Shown here: positions 38,833-53,240 of the stretch, piece by piece | Layout: every line of letters starts with the position of its first letter | Position numbering within the stretch: position 1 is the stretch's first letter | Source of the DNA: Octopus sinensis | Taxonomy: Eukaryota | Direction of reading: 5' to 3' | DNA: 64,000 nt | Assembly (NCBI RefSeq): GCF_006345805.1 | Contig: NC_043015.1 | Coordinates: forward strand, 23,994,001-24,058,000 | Program-made: the position numbers and the translations under genes | The notes under the pieces: model-generated | Database searches by the model: none | What the model was told of the DNA's origin: nothing | Seen by the model: the letters and a program-made list of their open reading frames with translations, nothing else

Positions 38833-39016
38833 TGCGTGTTGTGTTTGTGTGTCTGTGTTTGTCCACTAGCATTGCTTGACAACCGATGCTGGTGTGTTTA
38901 TGTCCCCGTTACTTAGCAGTTCGGCAAAAGAGACCGGGGTCGAGTTGCTTGATTAAAGGCGGTGCTCCAGCATGCCCGCAGTCAAATGACTGAAACAAGT
39001 AAAAGAGTAAAAGAGT
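38597..39016 (+). mobile_element. SINE family B: tRNA head, internal (TA)n/(TG)n microsatellite, tail ending (AAAGAGT)n
   Basis: Head 38597-38760, microsatellite 38760-38860, tail module to 39016; same layout as 47167-47577. Confidence 0.9.
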
Positions 39017-39990
39017 ATATATATATATCTGACTATATTCGTGCACAGATATCTCTATCTGAATTCAGATCTGCTTTTCATCCAGCCTTGTTTGATTAAA
39101 ATATTGTACCAGTCAATTACTGAAGTCGATATAATCGAAGATGACTTTGTGATCTCGTACTTACGCACACACACACACATACACACACACACAGAGGCAG
39201 ACAGACACACACACACACAAAAAAAACTGATATTCAGTCGTTCAGGACGCGAGTGATACGATCAAACGAACACGTGCTCATGAATTTAATTGGTTGAGCA
39301 TGTCCCAAAAACGCGTATCCTCAACGTTGTTCTGAAAAAGATCCGGTGTGACTCTTTGAAATACTCATGTAACTCATGTTTTTCAACTGAATGAAATGGT
39401 GCGACGTGATATAAAGTATATTCTTGAATATATACACATATATACACATATAGGCATATATATAGATATACAATTATATTATATATATATATTATATATA
39501 TATATATATATAAAGATATATATATACATATATACACATATTTATATATACACAAATATATATACTGTACACATACATTTATATTATATATACATATACA
39601 CATACATATTCATTATATATACATATATACATGCATATATACATTATGTATACATATACGCCTAAATATGTATTACGTATACATATACACAAATACATAT
39701 GTATTCATATATACAAATATATATGTATACATACATACCAATATATGTGTATACAATATATATATATATATATCTATATATATTATGTATGCATATATAT
39801 ACATACATATATATATATATATATACATACATATATATTCTTGAAGGAAACAACTCACATCAGGAATCGAACACAGGACCTTACGGTTGTAAGCAATATA
39901 CGCTAAGCACTAAGGCACGCACCTTCACTATATATTTCTGTGTGTGTAACTGTGTATGTATGTATGTATGCATGTATGTATGTATGTATT

Positions 39991-40024
<34 letters not shown>

Positions 40025-40090
40025 TGTATGTATGTATGTATGTATGTATGTATGTGTGCGTGTTTGTATGTAAGAAGGTTGTATTAACAA

Positions 40091-40650
40091 AACAAATATT
40101 CTTTTCTACTCTAGGCAGAAGGCCCGAAATTTTGATTCATCAACCACAAAAGGATAAAAGGCAAAACCGACCTCAGCGGAATTTGAACTCACAACGTAAA
40201 GACATTCGAAATACCGCTTAGCATTTTACCCGGCATGCTAACGTTTTGTTTATTTCTTACTCCCCAGAAGGGGCTACACTCAGAGGAGGTCAAACAAGGA
40301 CAGACAAAGGGATTAAATCGACTATATCGACGCCAGTGCTGAATTTAATCGTTCCTGAAAGTATGAAACGCAAGATCGACCTAGACGGAATTTGAACTCA
40401 GAACGTAGCAGTAGACGAAATACCTATTTCTTTACTACCCAAAAGGGGCTAAACACAGAGGAGACAAACAAGGACAGACTGATGGATTAAATCGATCATA
40501 TCGACCCCAGTGCGTAACTGGTACTTAATTCATCGACCCCGAAAGGATAAAAGGCAAAGTCGACCTCGGCGGAATTTGAACCTAGAACGTAACGGCCGCT
40601 AAGCATTTCGCCGCCGGGCGTCCTAATATTTCTGCCAGCTCGCCGCCTAA
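40091..40650 (-). mobile_element. Three SINE family A units in head-to-tail tandem
   Basis: Units ~40091-40250, 40251-40423, 40424-40650; only the last has a complete GGCGGCGAGCTGGCAG head. Confidence 0.85.
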
Positions 40651-41875
40651 GCAAAGCAAATATTTAGTTAAAAGAAGTTTCCTTAGTTCTAGATTTCTTA
40701 TAACTATTGACCTCATTCCTGAACTGCTGAGCAGCAACGATGCCCACACGAAACCCCTTCTCCCCACCCCTCTGTCTTTCACACACACACACAGACACAC
40801 GCACGCACACACACAGACAGACAAACTTTATCAGCTATATTTATACGTGAATGTGTGTGCGCATGTGAGTTTAAGTGTTAAGTCGTATTTGAAAAAAATA
40901 ACTATGCACGCAACTGCATACCTACAAACGAGTTTATATATGTGTGTGTATGTACTATGTAATACTATTGTATACATGTACAAAGCTGTATGCATATAGG
41001 CGTTCATGTATTTATATATGTATTATGTACGTGTGTGAATGAAATGTGAGGAGACAGAAAAAAGGATACACATAAAAAACATGAATATACACACACACAC
41101 ACGTATATATAAGCACAGAAACTCATACACGTACCAAGTCATATATCTTACACTATATATATATATAATCATTGATTATTGCCATGCACAAGGAAGGAAA
41201 TAAATGAAATAGATTAAACATGCTTGATTCGCCATTGAAAGGAAGTCCCTCTATTGCAGCGCACATGTTACTTTAAGGAATGAGTTAACTTCAGCTACCT
41301 GAACAAGATTGCTTGGTGAATAATGAAGGAAATTCGAAAATGAAATATGAAAATTTGAATTGAATTATTCACTCTGTAACTATGGTTAACAAAGTTTCAT
41401 GTAAAAATAAGGTACAAAAATAAATCACATAATATCTTACCTATTTCAAACATGAAACTTTAAGATCAAAGTGAGAAAATTGGTAATAAAAGTTTGATCA
41501 GAAATTCTTTGATTTATTCAAAATATTGCATTCACTTCACAGAAACAATTTTCACAAAGTAAGCCTGTCTATAAATATAGGTGTGTATGTTTGTGCGTAT
41601 GTACATGCGTAGTTATGTGTTCATGTATGTATTTTTGTACGTCTATAAGGAGGTACGCGTGTGTATATTTATGTATGCGTTATGTATTTATGGACTTAGG
41701 TGGATATACATAGATATGTTTCTGTATAGATATGTGTAACTGTGCGTATCGTCTCAAGGTTGAAAATATATATATACATGTGTATATACATATATAGACA
41801 CACACACACACACATGTGTATGTATGTAGTATCATATGAATATATACAAACATATGAATATGTGTGTGTGTATGT

Positions 41876-41907
<32 letters not shown>

Positions 41908-42014
41908 CATACACACACATATATATGCATATACAGGTAGATAACATATATAGATATACATACACAAGCGCGAAGACATAAACATATATGTATGAGTGTG
42001 TACATATATATATG

Positions 42015-42056
<42 letters not shown>

Positions 42057-42429
42057 TATATATACACGCACACATAAATGTACGTATATATGTACATATA
42101 TGCATATATATATATGTATACTCATACACGCGCGCATTGAAAGCCTACTTGTATTTTGAACCTCTCATATAAACTGAATATAAAATTCTGCCATTATACA
42201 TTGTGCTCAGATGTATACTTACTGTAATAGCATTCCTCACAATATATTACTCCAAACTATAAACTCATACATGAATATATTTATTTACACATGTGCAGTT
42301 ACATAGATTCCTAATACATACGTACGTACATACAAATTGTTGTGTACAGTTCTCCAATCACTCATGTATAGGAGCATTTATACATATATGTGAGTGTTTG
42401 CTTGTGTGTTAAAGTGTGTATGTATACTA

Positions 42430-42499
<70 letters not shown>

Positions 42500-42776
42500 A
42501 TACACACACATTTTGCGGCGTTAATATTATTATTGTTTTTTCATTTCCATCGTTATTATTCGTTATTTTGTTACTGTAGAATATTGCCTAGCATTAGTTA
42601 ATTTCATTTTGCAACAGAGAAGTTTTATGATTCTTTGTGTAAAATTATAATGTTATAGATTTATTCCCTTTACCTTCATTTAACTTTTACATTTAAATCG
42701 AATTTTGTCTTTATTTCTTACATAAAGAATTGCAGTATGTACATGTATCTAAGTATGAGCCTATGCATGTGTAAAA

Positions 42777-42839
<63 letters not shown>

Positions 42840-43687
42840 GTGTCTGTATCTAACTATATCTATGTATAATACACAGACATATATATATATAGATATATAT
42901 ATATACATATATATATATAATATATTCGTGTTCATATGTGAATATACTTTTATATAAATTATATAAATATGTGTGTGTGTACGCGAGCACAGTTACATGA
43001 ATATTATATATCATGTATAGATGTGTATGCATGCATGTATAGATAAGCATATCTATGCATACAATGTCTATGCATATTATTATACATATATACGCAATGT
43101 ATATATGCATATTATTATACATATATACGCAATGTATATATTTATGTGTGTGTGCAATATATGTGTGTGTCTGTGTGTCTGTCTGTATGAATATATTTTC
43201 TAAACAGCAAATATGCAATAATAAGTAAGGAAGCGAGGTATGGTACCGGTTTTAATAACTGCACACACTGCCACACTGCAGTGAAAAATATGAACACGTT
43301 ACTTCATACTTGTTGCTTGGTTTTTCAAACACAATGCATCGCTCTTTGATTTACACCTTTGTTTATGTGCGCATTTTTACATAATATATTAAAAATGTAT
43401 ATGTATACATGTATAAGTATAAGTTCATGTGTGAGCGTATGTGTGTATCTTTGTGTTTGTGCTTAGATGTAGGTGCGTTCCGTATTATAAACATCTCTGA
43501 TTCTATATATAAATCTACATGTTTATATATATATATATGTATATGCATGTATATATGAATATATAATATGAATATATATATATATATGTTTTCTATATAT
43601 ATATTATATATATATATATATACACATATATGTATATATACGTATAAGTATGTATATATGAGTATATAGTATGAATATATATGTTAT

Positions 43688-43724
<37 letters not shown>

Positions 43725-43841
43725 CATATATACATATATTCATATGTATATATATATATATATATGTATATGAGTATATAATATAAATATATATATGCAT
43801 ATATATATGGGTATATGTATATATGTATACATACACAAGTG

Positions 43842-43890
<49 letters not shown>

Positions 43891-43904
43891 GTATATATTT
43901 AGAT

Positions 43905-43979
<75 letters not shown>

Positions 43980-45728
43980 TGTGTGTGTGTGTTTATTACG
44001 CATGCATGAATTTTTATCTGAAAATAATATATTCATATGTAGATGTATGTGAAACGCATAAACATTCACAAACCTTTGCGTGTATATATCTGTGTGTGTC
44101 TGTGTGTTCAGGAATGCCCATATGTACATGTTTATGCATACATATTTGCGTGCATGTGTACATATACACAGAGACGCACGCATATATTTTCCTAAATAAT
44201 TTATATTAACCTTTGTGTTTATATTATAGGTTAAATATAATTATAAATTTCAAATAACTGTAATGAAAATAAATTTATATTTCCAATGCTTACAAAACTA
44301 TTTGTTGTGCTATCTGAATACCAATAAGCAGAAATTTAAATAATTTCATTAATAGTCCATGAAGTTTTCATTGCAATAATATTCGCATCTAATAACATTG
44401 TTTTGGTTATTTCTTTCTCTTTGAGACATTCTACTGCTCCATATATGAACTCTCTAAACACGTTAATATGTTTAGAGAATTTTGAAAATTTTAAACATTT
44501 TTTGTATAAATAATTTTATTCAGTTGAAGTATTACATGCTTTTTTAAAAATGTTTCACATATTATACAATTTTGAAAAATATATTTAAAAAAAATATTAT
44601 TTAAAACATGCCATTCACATCCCAATCGTATTAAGTAAATTATCATTTTTATTTTCTCCTTGTAATCTGTGAATTTGTTGAATTAGAAATTTTTATTTAA
44701 CCAAGGGCAAAGTTTCAAATATAGTAGGTCGATCTCTATTTGATGATATTGAAGCATTGAAATATTTCATGATCGATACATCGGTGAAAACCCATATTTA
44801 GTTAATGAATGTCTCCCATCGTCCATATTATATCATAGTGTATATTATTAGACTATTTTTCCTTCTTTTTTGCTCCACCCATTTTACCTGATATACGTGT
44901 GTAAGTATGTACGTGCATGTGTGTGAGTACAACAGTTTTCGATAACCGCAGCTCAGCAATTAGCATAGTCACATATCGACTAAGTATTCAAGTAAATCTA
45001 TAAAAACCTTGCAAGATTTGCCACTCGTGTGTTAGTTAGAGATAGCGACATAAACTTTATTGTTAAAATCTCCAAGAATGCGACTGTACTAGGCCTTTCA
45101 GTGTAACAAACTAATATATGTGCATGCACGTGTCTACTTATTTCTGTGTGTGTGTACTTCGCGCATTCTTTTACTGCTGTTGATGTACCGGGAAAAGTGT
45201 GGGTCTTCTAATTGATTGTTTCATAATTTGGTGATTGTTCAGCAGAGGAATATGTCGGTGATCCCTTCACCGACGCCAAAATGCAGTTCAACTCCCTATA
45301 AACCAGAAATATCAAGTTAGCTTAGTAGTGGATATCTTCGTTTGCATATTTCAAATATACCCCAAGAAGGTCACTGGTGGATTTTATCGGCAAAATTGGT
45401 GGCAACAGAAAGAGTACAGTGAAATAGCCGTGGAGAGTAGCTTATTCCATGTTTGTGGCAGCCCCCTTCATGGTAAAAATAATACGAGGTGAATAAAACA
45501 GTTGTTTGAGTACCTGACTGGTTTTCATGGCTCTGCATTCATGATTATCCATCAAATGCGCAGTGCAGGATAAACCGAACAGAACCCATTCTGTTAATTT
45601 CGGAATCAAGTACAAAGTAAGGAAACAACGAATGTACGCACAAATATCCTTGCTATACTAATGAGACAAAAAGGGGCTGAGAGTTAGCTGTTTGACATTT
45701 TCTTCAACGCTGTACACGGCTTTTTCTT

Positions 45729-45764
<36 letters not shown>

Positions 45765-45843
45765 ATATATATATATGAATGTGTGTGTACATGTGTATGG
45801 AGTATGTAAGTATATATATTATGTATATTTAATATATATAATG

Positions 45844-45883
<40 letters not shown>

Positions 45884-46669
45884 AACATACGTATATGTAC
45901 ATAGAGGCGTATATATATATTCTGTTACGTAAGTACAGTAATAATGGCTTCATACAATATTCGCAATTATTCAACCGCAGTTTCAATAATTCTGATTGAC
46001 ACACGTATGGTTTATCCGAGAATGCGCGCTCGTACGCATACACACGTACAGAATAACGAATGCGTTTTCCCTTCTTTACAGCACTATATGAACTCCATTA
46101 AAACAACTCCAATAGAATATATAAAATCATTTACCCATCAACAACTCAACCAATAGGTATCTCCTCTTTAAATATATACAGGAAGTCACAGAGAAGTAAC
46201 GACCATTACTGTAGCGACTTCAGCAATACGTATTTCTTTGGTAAAAAGCAATGAATTTATTTAGCCAAAAAGATAAATAGTAATAAATAAATAAATGTAA
46301 CCAATCATAAACGCGGATTGATGTATCGTTTTCAGCAGAAATTAGTGGGCATAATTATATTGGTAAACGAATTTTCAACATAAAACCAACTTAAATACAT
46401 CAGGTTTCAATTTACAAAAGTACATTTTATCACCTTAACTGACTTTTATCAATGATTCCCGTAAATTATATAACATCAAAAACAAAATCTCTTTAGTTCA
46501 GTCTTAACTTCCGTCTAGACGTATATCTGAAAAATTCTTTAATTGGGAGAACTCTGTTTTTTTTCTATCTCTCTCTTCCTGGTTTTACTTGGATAAATAG
46601 CAACAACATAAATAATGATAAAATAGAAACATAAATGGAGAATGTTTTAATTCATTTACTTATTTTTGT

Positions 46670-46680
46670 ATCATTATTAC

Positions 46681-46776
<96 letters not shown>

Positions 46777-46785
46777 CATTATTAA

Positions 46786-46848
<63 letters not shown>

Positions 46849-46850
46849 CA
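46670..46850. repeat. (CAT)n-(TAT)n microsatellite
   Basis: Read directly from the sequence. Confidence 0.95.
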
Positions 46851-47128
46851 AGATGTTATTTTCATTTCGGAAAATGCATTAAAGACGAACTTTCGTGTTT
46901 CTTTGAAAGCTGCAAGAAACTTTGTTCTATGTAAAAAAAAAATAAAATGTGCCGTTGGCGAGTTTGGTGATGATGATCTTGATGATCAGATGATAACGAT
47001 GAGGCAGTGGTGGTGAATGTGGTGGTAGAAGGAAGAGATAAATGTTTTATGATACTTTGACAATTTTCTTAAGTTTTGTTTGAATGTGTACATCATATAC
47101 ATACATGTATGTATGTATGTGTGTATAT

Positions 47129-47166
<38 letters not shown>

Positions 47167-47168
<2 letters not shown>

Positions 47169-47577
47169 CTCTTTTACTCTTTTACTTGTTTCAGTCATTT
47201 GACTGCGGCCATGCTGGAGCACCGCCTTTAGTCGAGCAAATCGACCCCGGAACTTATTCTTTGTAAGCCCAGTACTTATTCTATCAGTCTCTTTTGCCGA
47301 ACCGCTAAGTGACGGGGACGTAAACACACCAGCATCGGTTGTCAGGCAATGCTAGGGGGACAAACACAGCAGACACACAAACACACACACACATACATAT
47401 ATATATATACATATATACGACAGGCTTCTTTCAGTTTCCGTCTACCAAATCCACTCACAAGGCATTGGTCGGCCCGGGGCTATAGCAGAAGACACTTGCT
47501 CAAGATGCCACGCAGTGGGACTGAACCCAGAACCATGTGGCTGGTTAGCAAGCTACTTACCACACAGCCACTCCTAC
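47167..47577 (-). mobile_element. SINE family B, full length with internal microsatellite
   Basis: Head 47415-47577, (CA)/(TA) 47365-47415, tail to (TACTCTTT)n at 47167. Confidence 0.9.
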
Positions 47578-47625
47578 GTATATATATAAATATATATACG
47601 TACTTGTACATACTATTTATGCATA

Positions 47626-47850
47626 GGCGAATGTGTGGCTGTGTGGTCGAACGTTTGCAACCCAGTCCATGTCACGTTGGGCAGTCGTCTTCTATACACT
47701 TGCGTTGAGCAAAGCCTTGTGTGTGCATTTGGTAGACAGAAATGGAAAGAATCCCGTTGACAGCTTGACAACCGATGTTGACGTGTTTATATCCCGGCAA
47801 CCTAGTGGTTCGGCAAAAGATAACGATGGAATAAATACCAGTACTGCAGC
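47626..47850 (+). mobile_element. SINE family B, degenerate
   Basis: GTGGCTGTGTGG...CAAAGCCTTGTG...TTTGGTAGAC.GAAA...CTTGACAACCGATG...GGTTCGGCAAAAGA. Confidence 0.7.
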
Positions 47851-48047
47851 TCATTTATTAAACGAGAAATTCTTCAACACTTTGCCCTTGCATCACTGCG
47901 TTCTCATTAGTCATTGGAAGAAGTAAAATATAAAATGTAAAACGTGTGTGTGTGTTCGTATGTGTGTGTGTTCGTATGTGTGTGTGTATGTGTGTGTATG
48001 TGCATGTATGTGTATATATACATATGTGTATATATATATACATATGT

Positions 48048-48091
<44 letters not shown>

Positions 48092-48100
<9 letters not shown>

Positions 48101-48290
48101 GAAGGAGCTTCTACAGGACTAGAACTGTTTCATTCAAGAGAAATCTTCTGGAGCTTCCTGAAGATTTCTCTTGAATGAAACAGTTCTAGTCCTGTAGAAG
48201 CTCCTTCTATATAATAAATTAATTTTACTCTGCTATGTATTGAGTACCTTATTTACTGTGGTTAACCCCGAATCAACCCGGGACCTACAT
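48092..48290. mobile_element. Second copy of the hammerhead fold-back mini-element (57-bp arms 48092-48148 / 48160-48216)
   Basis: Same sequence and tail as 28614-28816; 11-nt imperfect centre TGGAGCTTCCT; flanked by (TA)n. Confidence 0.9.
48150..48204 (+). ncRNA. Type I hammerhead ribozyme motif (8-bp stem I)
   Basis: GGAGCTTC/GAAGCTCC; CTGAAGA 48158-48164; stem II as at 28.7 kb; GAAA 48177-48180; stem III ACAG/CTGT; GTA cut after 48196. The minus-strand mirror has a broken core (CAGAAGA). Confidence 0.72.
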
Positions 48291-48296
48291 ATATAT

Positions 48297-48359
<63 letters not shown>

Positions 48360-49124
48360 CATACATATTTTGATGTGTGGTTGTAAGTTTCAAGCATCCG
48401 GTTGTAGGAAGTTAATAGGCTTTGAGCAGTCCGTGGGAAGTCGTAAGAAACAATTTTTGGGAACGATAAGTTTATTGGCGTTTTCTCATATCGATGTTCG
48501 CTAAGCTGAAACTTTTTCTGCCTTTCTTTATCATAGTTCACACTAGTTTTGCCATGAATGCGAATAAATATGCAAATTGAGGGAATAGAGTAGGTAAGAA
48601 CCAGGCTACATATTTCTTAGCTAGCTGACCCTCGGAAGTAATAACTGGAGAGGAAAAAGATATTGGTAGTTCCAGATACATTTAAAGTAATTGTTTCACA
48701 TACATTTAAAGCCAGGTTAACCTCAGTGGATTCTAAGAAAGCAAATTACTCTAATTTTGTTTATAGTAGAAGCAAACTTATTTGGGTCAGAATGAATTCA
48801 TATCATTAACCGTTTATTCCCACTACAATATAAAGTAAATGGACAGATATAAAGAAATCGAAAACAGGGTACGTCATTGTCGTAAGGCAAAGAGATATAC
48901 CCATAATAAAAAAGTAACTATAAAATATTAATTAGAATTCATTTACCAATCGGAAGGTATACATCTATACTTGTTTATTCTAAAGGATTCTAAACGTTTC
49001 CAATCATTCGATATGGTTTTTAATAGCATGCTCGTAAGTTATCAGCTTACCTTTAAAATAATTACTCCTTTGTGGTATGTACGTGTATATATATATATAT
49101 ATATATATATAGGTACACACACAT

Positions 49125-49320
49125 ACCGGCCTTCGCCATGATAGATCGCTCGCCACTACAAATTCTTTATTTTCTCCCCTTGTTTCTGTGTTGCTTTCTC
49201 TGAAAGAGTGTAGGCTCGAAACGTTAAAGAGTTTTCAATTCCCGAGCGTTATACTAATACATATCTTTGTTGTCTATACCACCGGTCTTCGTATTTTGTT
49301 TTTTGTGAATTCTCCCTCAA
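49125..49320 (+). mobile_element. Short repeat with a hammerhead-like half motif; same family as 14960-15210
   Basis: CTGAAA-GAGT-GTAG-GCTC-GAAAC-GTT (49200-49225) then TTTTCAATTCCCGAGCGTTATACTA. Confidence 0.5.
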
Positions 49321-49343
49321 CATATATATATATATATATATAT

Positions 49344-51345
49344 AAACTTAGATATGTTTCAACCAAAGATTGGTCCAGGCCATGTCTAACTTAATAGCAC
49401 CACCTGATATGTTTATCTAAATCCTGTTTAAGTCAAGTTTTGTTTATGGTCCATTCAAGTAGTGAGCTTTTGTTGGGTGAGTTGTATCCGTTTATGGGTG
49501 GCTTATCTGGTATTCGTTGAAGGAATCTATCCAGACTCCGTTTAAAGTTGATGGGATCCTTTTCCTCTTTGATCTCTTTCGGGTCAATGTTAAATAGGGC
49601 AGGGCCTTATGAGGAAAAGAAATTATGTTGCAGTGTACCTATATGCTGTGATCCTGAATTGGGCAGAGGACGTATGGCCCGTGCTCCCAGTCTTGGATGA
49701 ACCTTGAAGCTAATGTTCTGGTCGTTTGGGCAAAGTTGGCAGTATATTCTCCACATCGTACAAATGATGTACCGCTCACGGTGGCGCTGGAGAGAGTAAA
49801 GTTTCAAGGCTTTCAGGCGGTCCCAATAATCGAGAGAAGCCATGCCTTCAATTCGTTTAGTGAGATCCCTCTGGGGTGATTTAATCCTCGAAATGCTTTG
49901 TCTTGTATGGGGAGACCACAGTGAGCAGCAGTATTCGAGGTGTGGCCGTACAGAGGAGGAGAAAATTGGTATGATGACACCTTGTTCTCTGAACCGGAAG
50001 GTTCTTAATATCCAGGAACTCATCCTAGAAGGTATATCGACCTTATTGTTGATGTGGGCACTCCAACTGAGATTGTCATCAACAATTACGCCCAGGTCCC
50101 TGATATTGTTAGAGGTTGTGAGCGGTTCCCCTGAAGGAAGAGTGTATGGCTGTTTTAGTGTGGACTTTCTTCCAAAATGCATCAGCTCAAATTTTCCCTC
50201 GTTCAGTTGCATTTTGTTTTTGTCTGCCCATTGACTCACAGAATATAGATCAGACTGGAGTTGAGTTTGGTTTGCTTCTTCATTGATGATTTGCTGGAGC
50301 TTAGTGTCATCAGCAAATATTTTCACTTTGCAGTAATGTACGACACTGGAAAGCTCGTTTATATAAATTATAAAGAGGAGCGGGCCCAAGACAGTCCCCT
50401 GGGGGACACCGCTGGTGACTTTTGCTGAGCTTGAGTGGACTCCATCGACTACAACATGTGTTCTATTCGCCAGGAAATACTTAATCCAGTGTGGAAGTTT
50501 TCCACGGATTCCAACATTTGCCAATTTTGAGAGTAGGATAATATGGTCAACTCTGTCGAATGCTTTACTGAAGTCAAGATATATGACATCAGAGTTCGAA
50601 CCTGTTCCCAAGGCTTTAAGTATATCTTCAAGGTGGTGTAAGAGCTGTGTTAGACAGTCCCTGCGACAGCGAAAACCATGCTCATTTGCATTTAGGAGTT
50701 TGTGGGTTTGCAGGAAGTCAGCTATCCTTGATCTTAACACTGTTTCAAACACTTTAATGATGTGGGAGGTGAGTGAGATTGGGCGATAGTTGACTGCGAG
50801 GGATCTGTTTCCCTGTTTGAAAACCGGGATGACAGACTGGGATAGAAGCTGTTTCGGTATATAACTTGAGTCTAACGAATATCTCCAGCGGTTGGTCAGA
50901 GGATTTGCAAGTTGGTGTCTACATTCCTTCAGGAGACTAGCGGGGAATCTATCAGGGCCTACAGCAGAATAGTATTTAACCTCATTTATTGCTGCTATGA
51001 TGTCAGAGGCAGTGAAGGTTATGTGTGAGATTTTATGTTCGGCATCAACTTTGTTCGCTTCTCTTACGTCAATATCAGTGGGAACACTAAAGACAGAGCA
51101 GTATTGTTTCTGCAGTATTTCTGCTATTTCTTTAGCATCGTGTTGGGGAATCCCGTCATCATCAATCAATGGCCCAACGGGTGAGACAGTGGTTCTATAC
51201 TTATTTGTATAAGAATAGAACACTTTTGGGTTCTGTTTGATGCTTTTCATTACCCACTGTTCCTCCACAGCTCTTTGATTTTCAATGGAGGTTTTCATGT
51301 CGGTCTGCAGATGAAGTTTTTCCAACTCTAGCCTTTTCAATGTTG
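49344..51345 (-). mobile_element. CR1-type LINE, 5'-truncated (RT and C-terminus; no endonuclease)
   Basis: ORF 49607-51427: NPKVFYSY, NYRPISLTSHIIKVFE, HGFR, IYLDFSKAFDRVDH, SGVPQGTVLGPLLF.IYIN, FADDTKL, HLEYC...WSP, LYSLQR.RER. Coding continues in another frame to ~49435; 3' end runs into (TA)n. Confidence 0.93.
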
Positions 51346-53209
51346 TTGAATGTGGATGTTGTATGTGGGAATATTTTAATTGGTTGATTTTTTTTATTGA
51401 GTCTATATAATATGGAATCCAATACAAAGAACCCAGTTTCTTTTATAGGGATGGAAATATCCAATTTTTCACTGGTTTGCCGTTTTTAATACACAATATA
51501 GCAGAAAAAAACTTTTGCATAACACCAATTTGTATATGTTCAATGTACACAGTGAATAGAAAATGAAGATTTACGATTGTCATACTTCAATTTATTAACA
51601 TAAAATTATATTACGATATTATATAATATAAATACAAATATTATAATCCTACAAATTGTTTCGATTCAGACCCAATAATGAATTTGTGAAAAATTCATAT
51701 TTATGGGTAAGAATCTCATCGTTGAAATATTTGTCAGAAATGAGATATATGACAATATGCAGATTGTTAGAAAATATAACAATAGTAAATCTCCATTTTT
51801 ATTCCGCATCGCAAACTTTCGATATATTTCTTGAGAAAAACCTTCGACTTATTTTATTTCATTTTATTGTATTTTATAAAACCAATTTGGTCATTTAATT
51901 TATAGATAATTCAATATAGGGTGTTATATTTTGCATGTCTTTTCCCTAAAATTTTTATTATTATGCACTCAGCAATTATAAAAAAATAATGTTGGTTGTA
52001 TATACGTCAGATCCTAGACATGTTTTTATGTGAATATTTGTATTGGCATGCATATGTATTCGTAAGCACGCGTAAGTGTGTAAATGAGCGTGTATGTTTG
52101 TACTTATTCACATACATACATGGATGTATAAGTATGCATGTATTCTCTTGGATTTGTGTGGATGTGTTTTTACATACTAGTCTCTATATATTTATATATA
52201 TGTTTTTATATGTGTATTTAATGCTAATATACACTTTTATTCACACATGTATACGTAATTATATTTTATGTAGTCAGACTTTTTTCTTTCTTCCTCCTTT
52301 TCGTTATTTTTCTCTCCCTATTCGTTACTTGTATAGAGTCCTGTAACTTTACGCCCCTCTCCCATTCTCTTACTCACGTCTTTAGCTTTCTGTTGCTTAT
52401 AAGATCGTTACCTTTTCTTTTCTTCCCCCTCTCTGCGTTTTACTTCTAGTTTATATGTATACATCAAGTGATTTTTGCATGCGAACAAGATTGCGTATAC
52501 ATGTATGTACATGTATTTGTGTGTATATTTTCGTTTTCACTTTATATGCCTGTATATGTAAGTGGTTTGTGTACATCTGTCTGTGTATTTTGATGTACGT
52601 ATGTATATTGATGGTTTAGTATGAGCATATACTATTGTGAAATATTGTAATATATTTTTATTTTATTTTTATGTATTAATTGTATTAACCAAATAATATT
52701 TTCTATATAACTAATGACAATAGCTATTTGAATCAACTCTTCAATTTAACGTTTTTCCTCGATTTTTATAATTTATATTGAACTCATTTATTTTATTTAT
52801 TTTGTTTATCCCTTGCCTAAGACCGTTATTTGAAAGGATAAATGAAGCAGATCCATATTTAAAGGTGTATCATTTAGCTAGTTTTCATCAAATTGTCATC
52901 TCGGTTCTATTTTAGCAAAGCTGTCCGACGAACGGGAACGTGAAACTCCGAGTAACAGCATTTGTTACATTGCTTCTGCTTTTAAATAAAGCATATTATT
53001 CTACCTCTGGTATTTGAGTACTCTTTTTCCACCTTGTTTCACATTTATATGCTTACTCCGGTATATATGTATATATATGTATATATATGTATATATATAT
53101 ATATGTATACATATATGTATATATATATATATATATAAATATGTATATACATATATATATATGTATATATATATATGTGTATATATATATGTATATATAT
53201 ATATGTGTG

Positions 53210-53240
<31 letters not shown>

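Larger units (their letters stand above)
36005..39805. repeat. Inverted duplication of ~280 bp of cryptically simple TA/TG DNA (36005-36280 / 39520-39805)
   Basis: Distinctive words pair exactly, e.g. TTGGTATGTATG at 36061 with 39741 and TTTAGGCGTATATG with CATATACGCCTAAA (sum ~75802). Confidence 0.8.

Noticed and set aside
49697-51464. Plus-strand ORFs over the CR1 element
   Set aside because: Antisense shadows of the RT frame.
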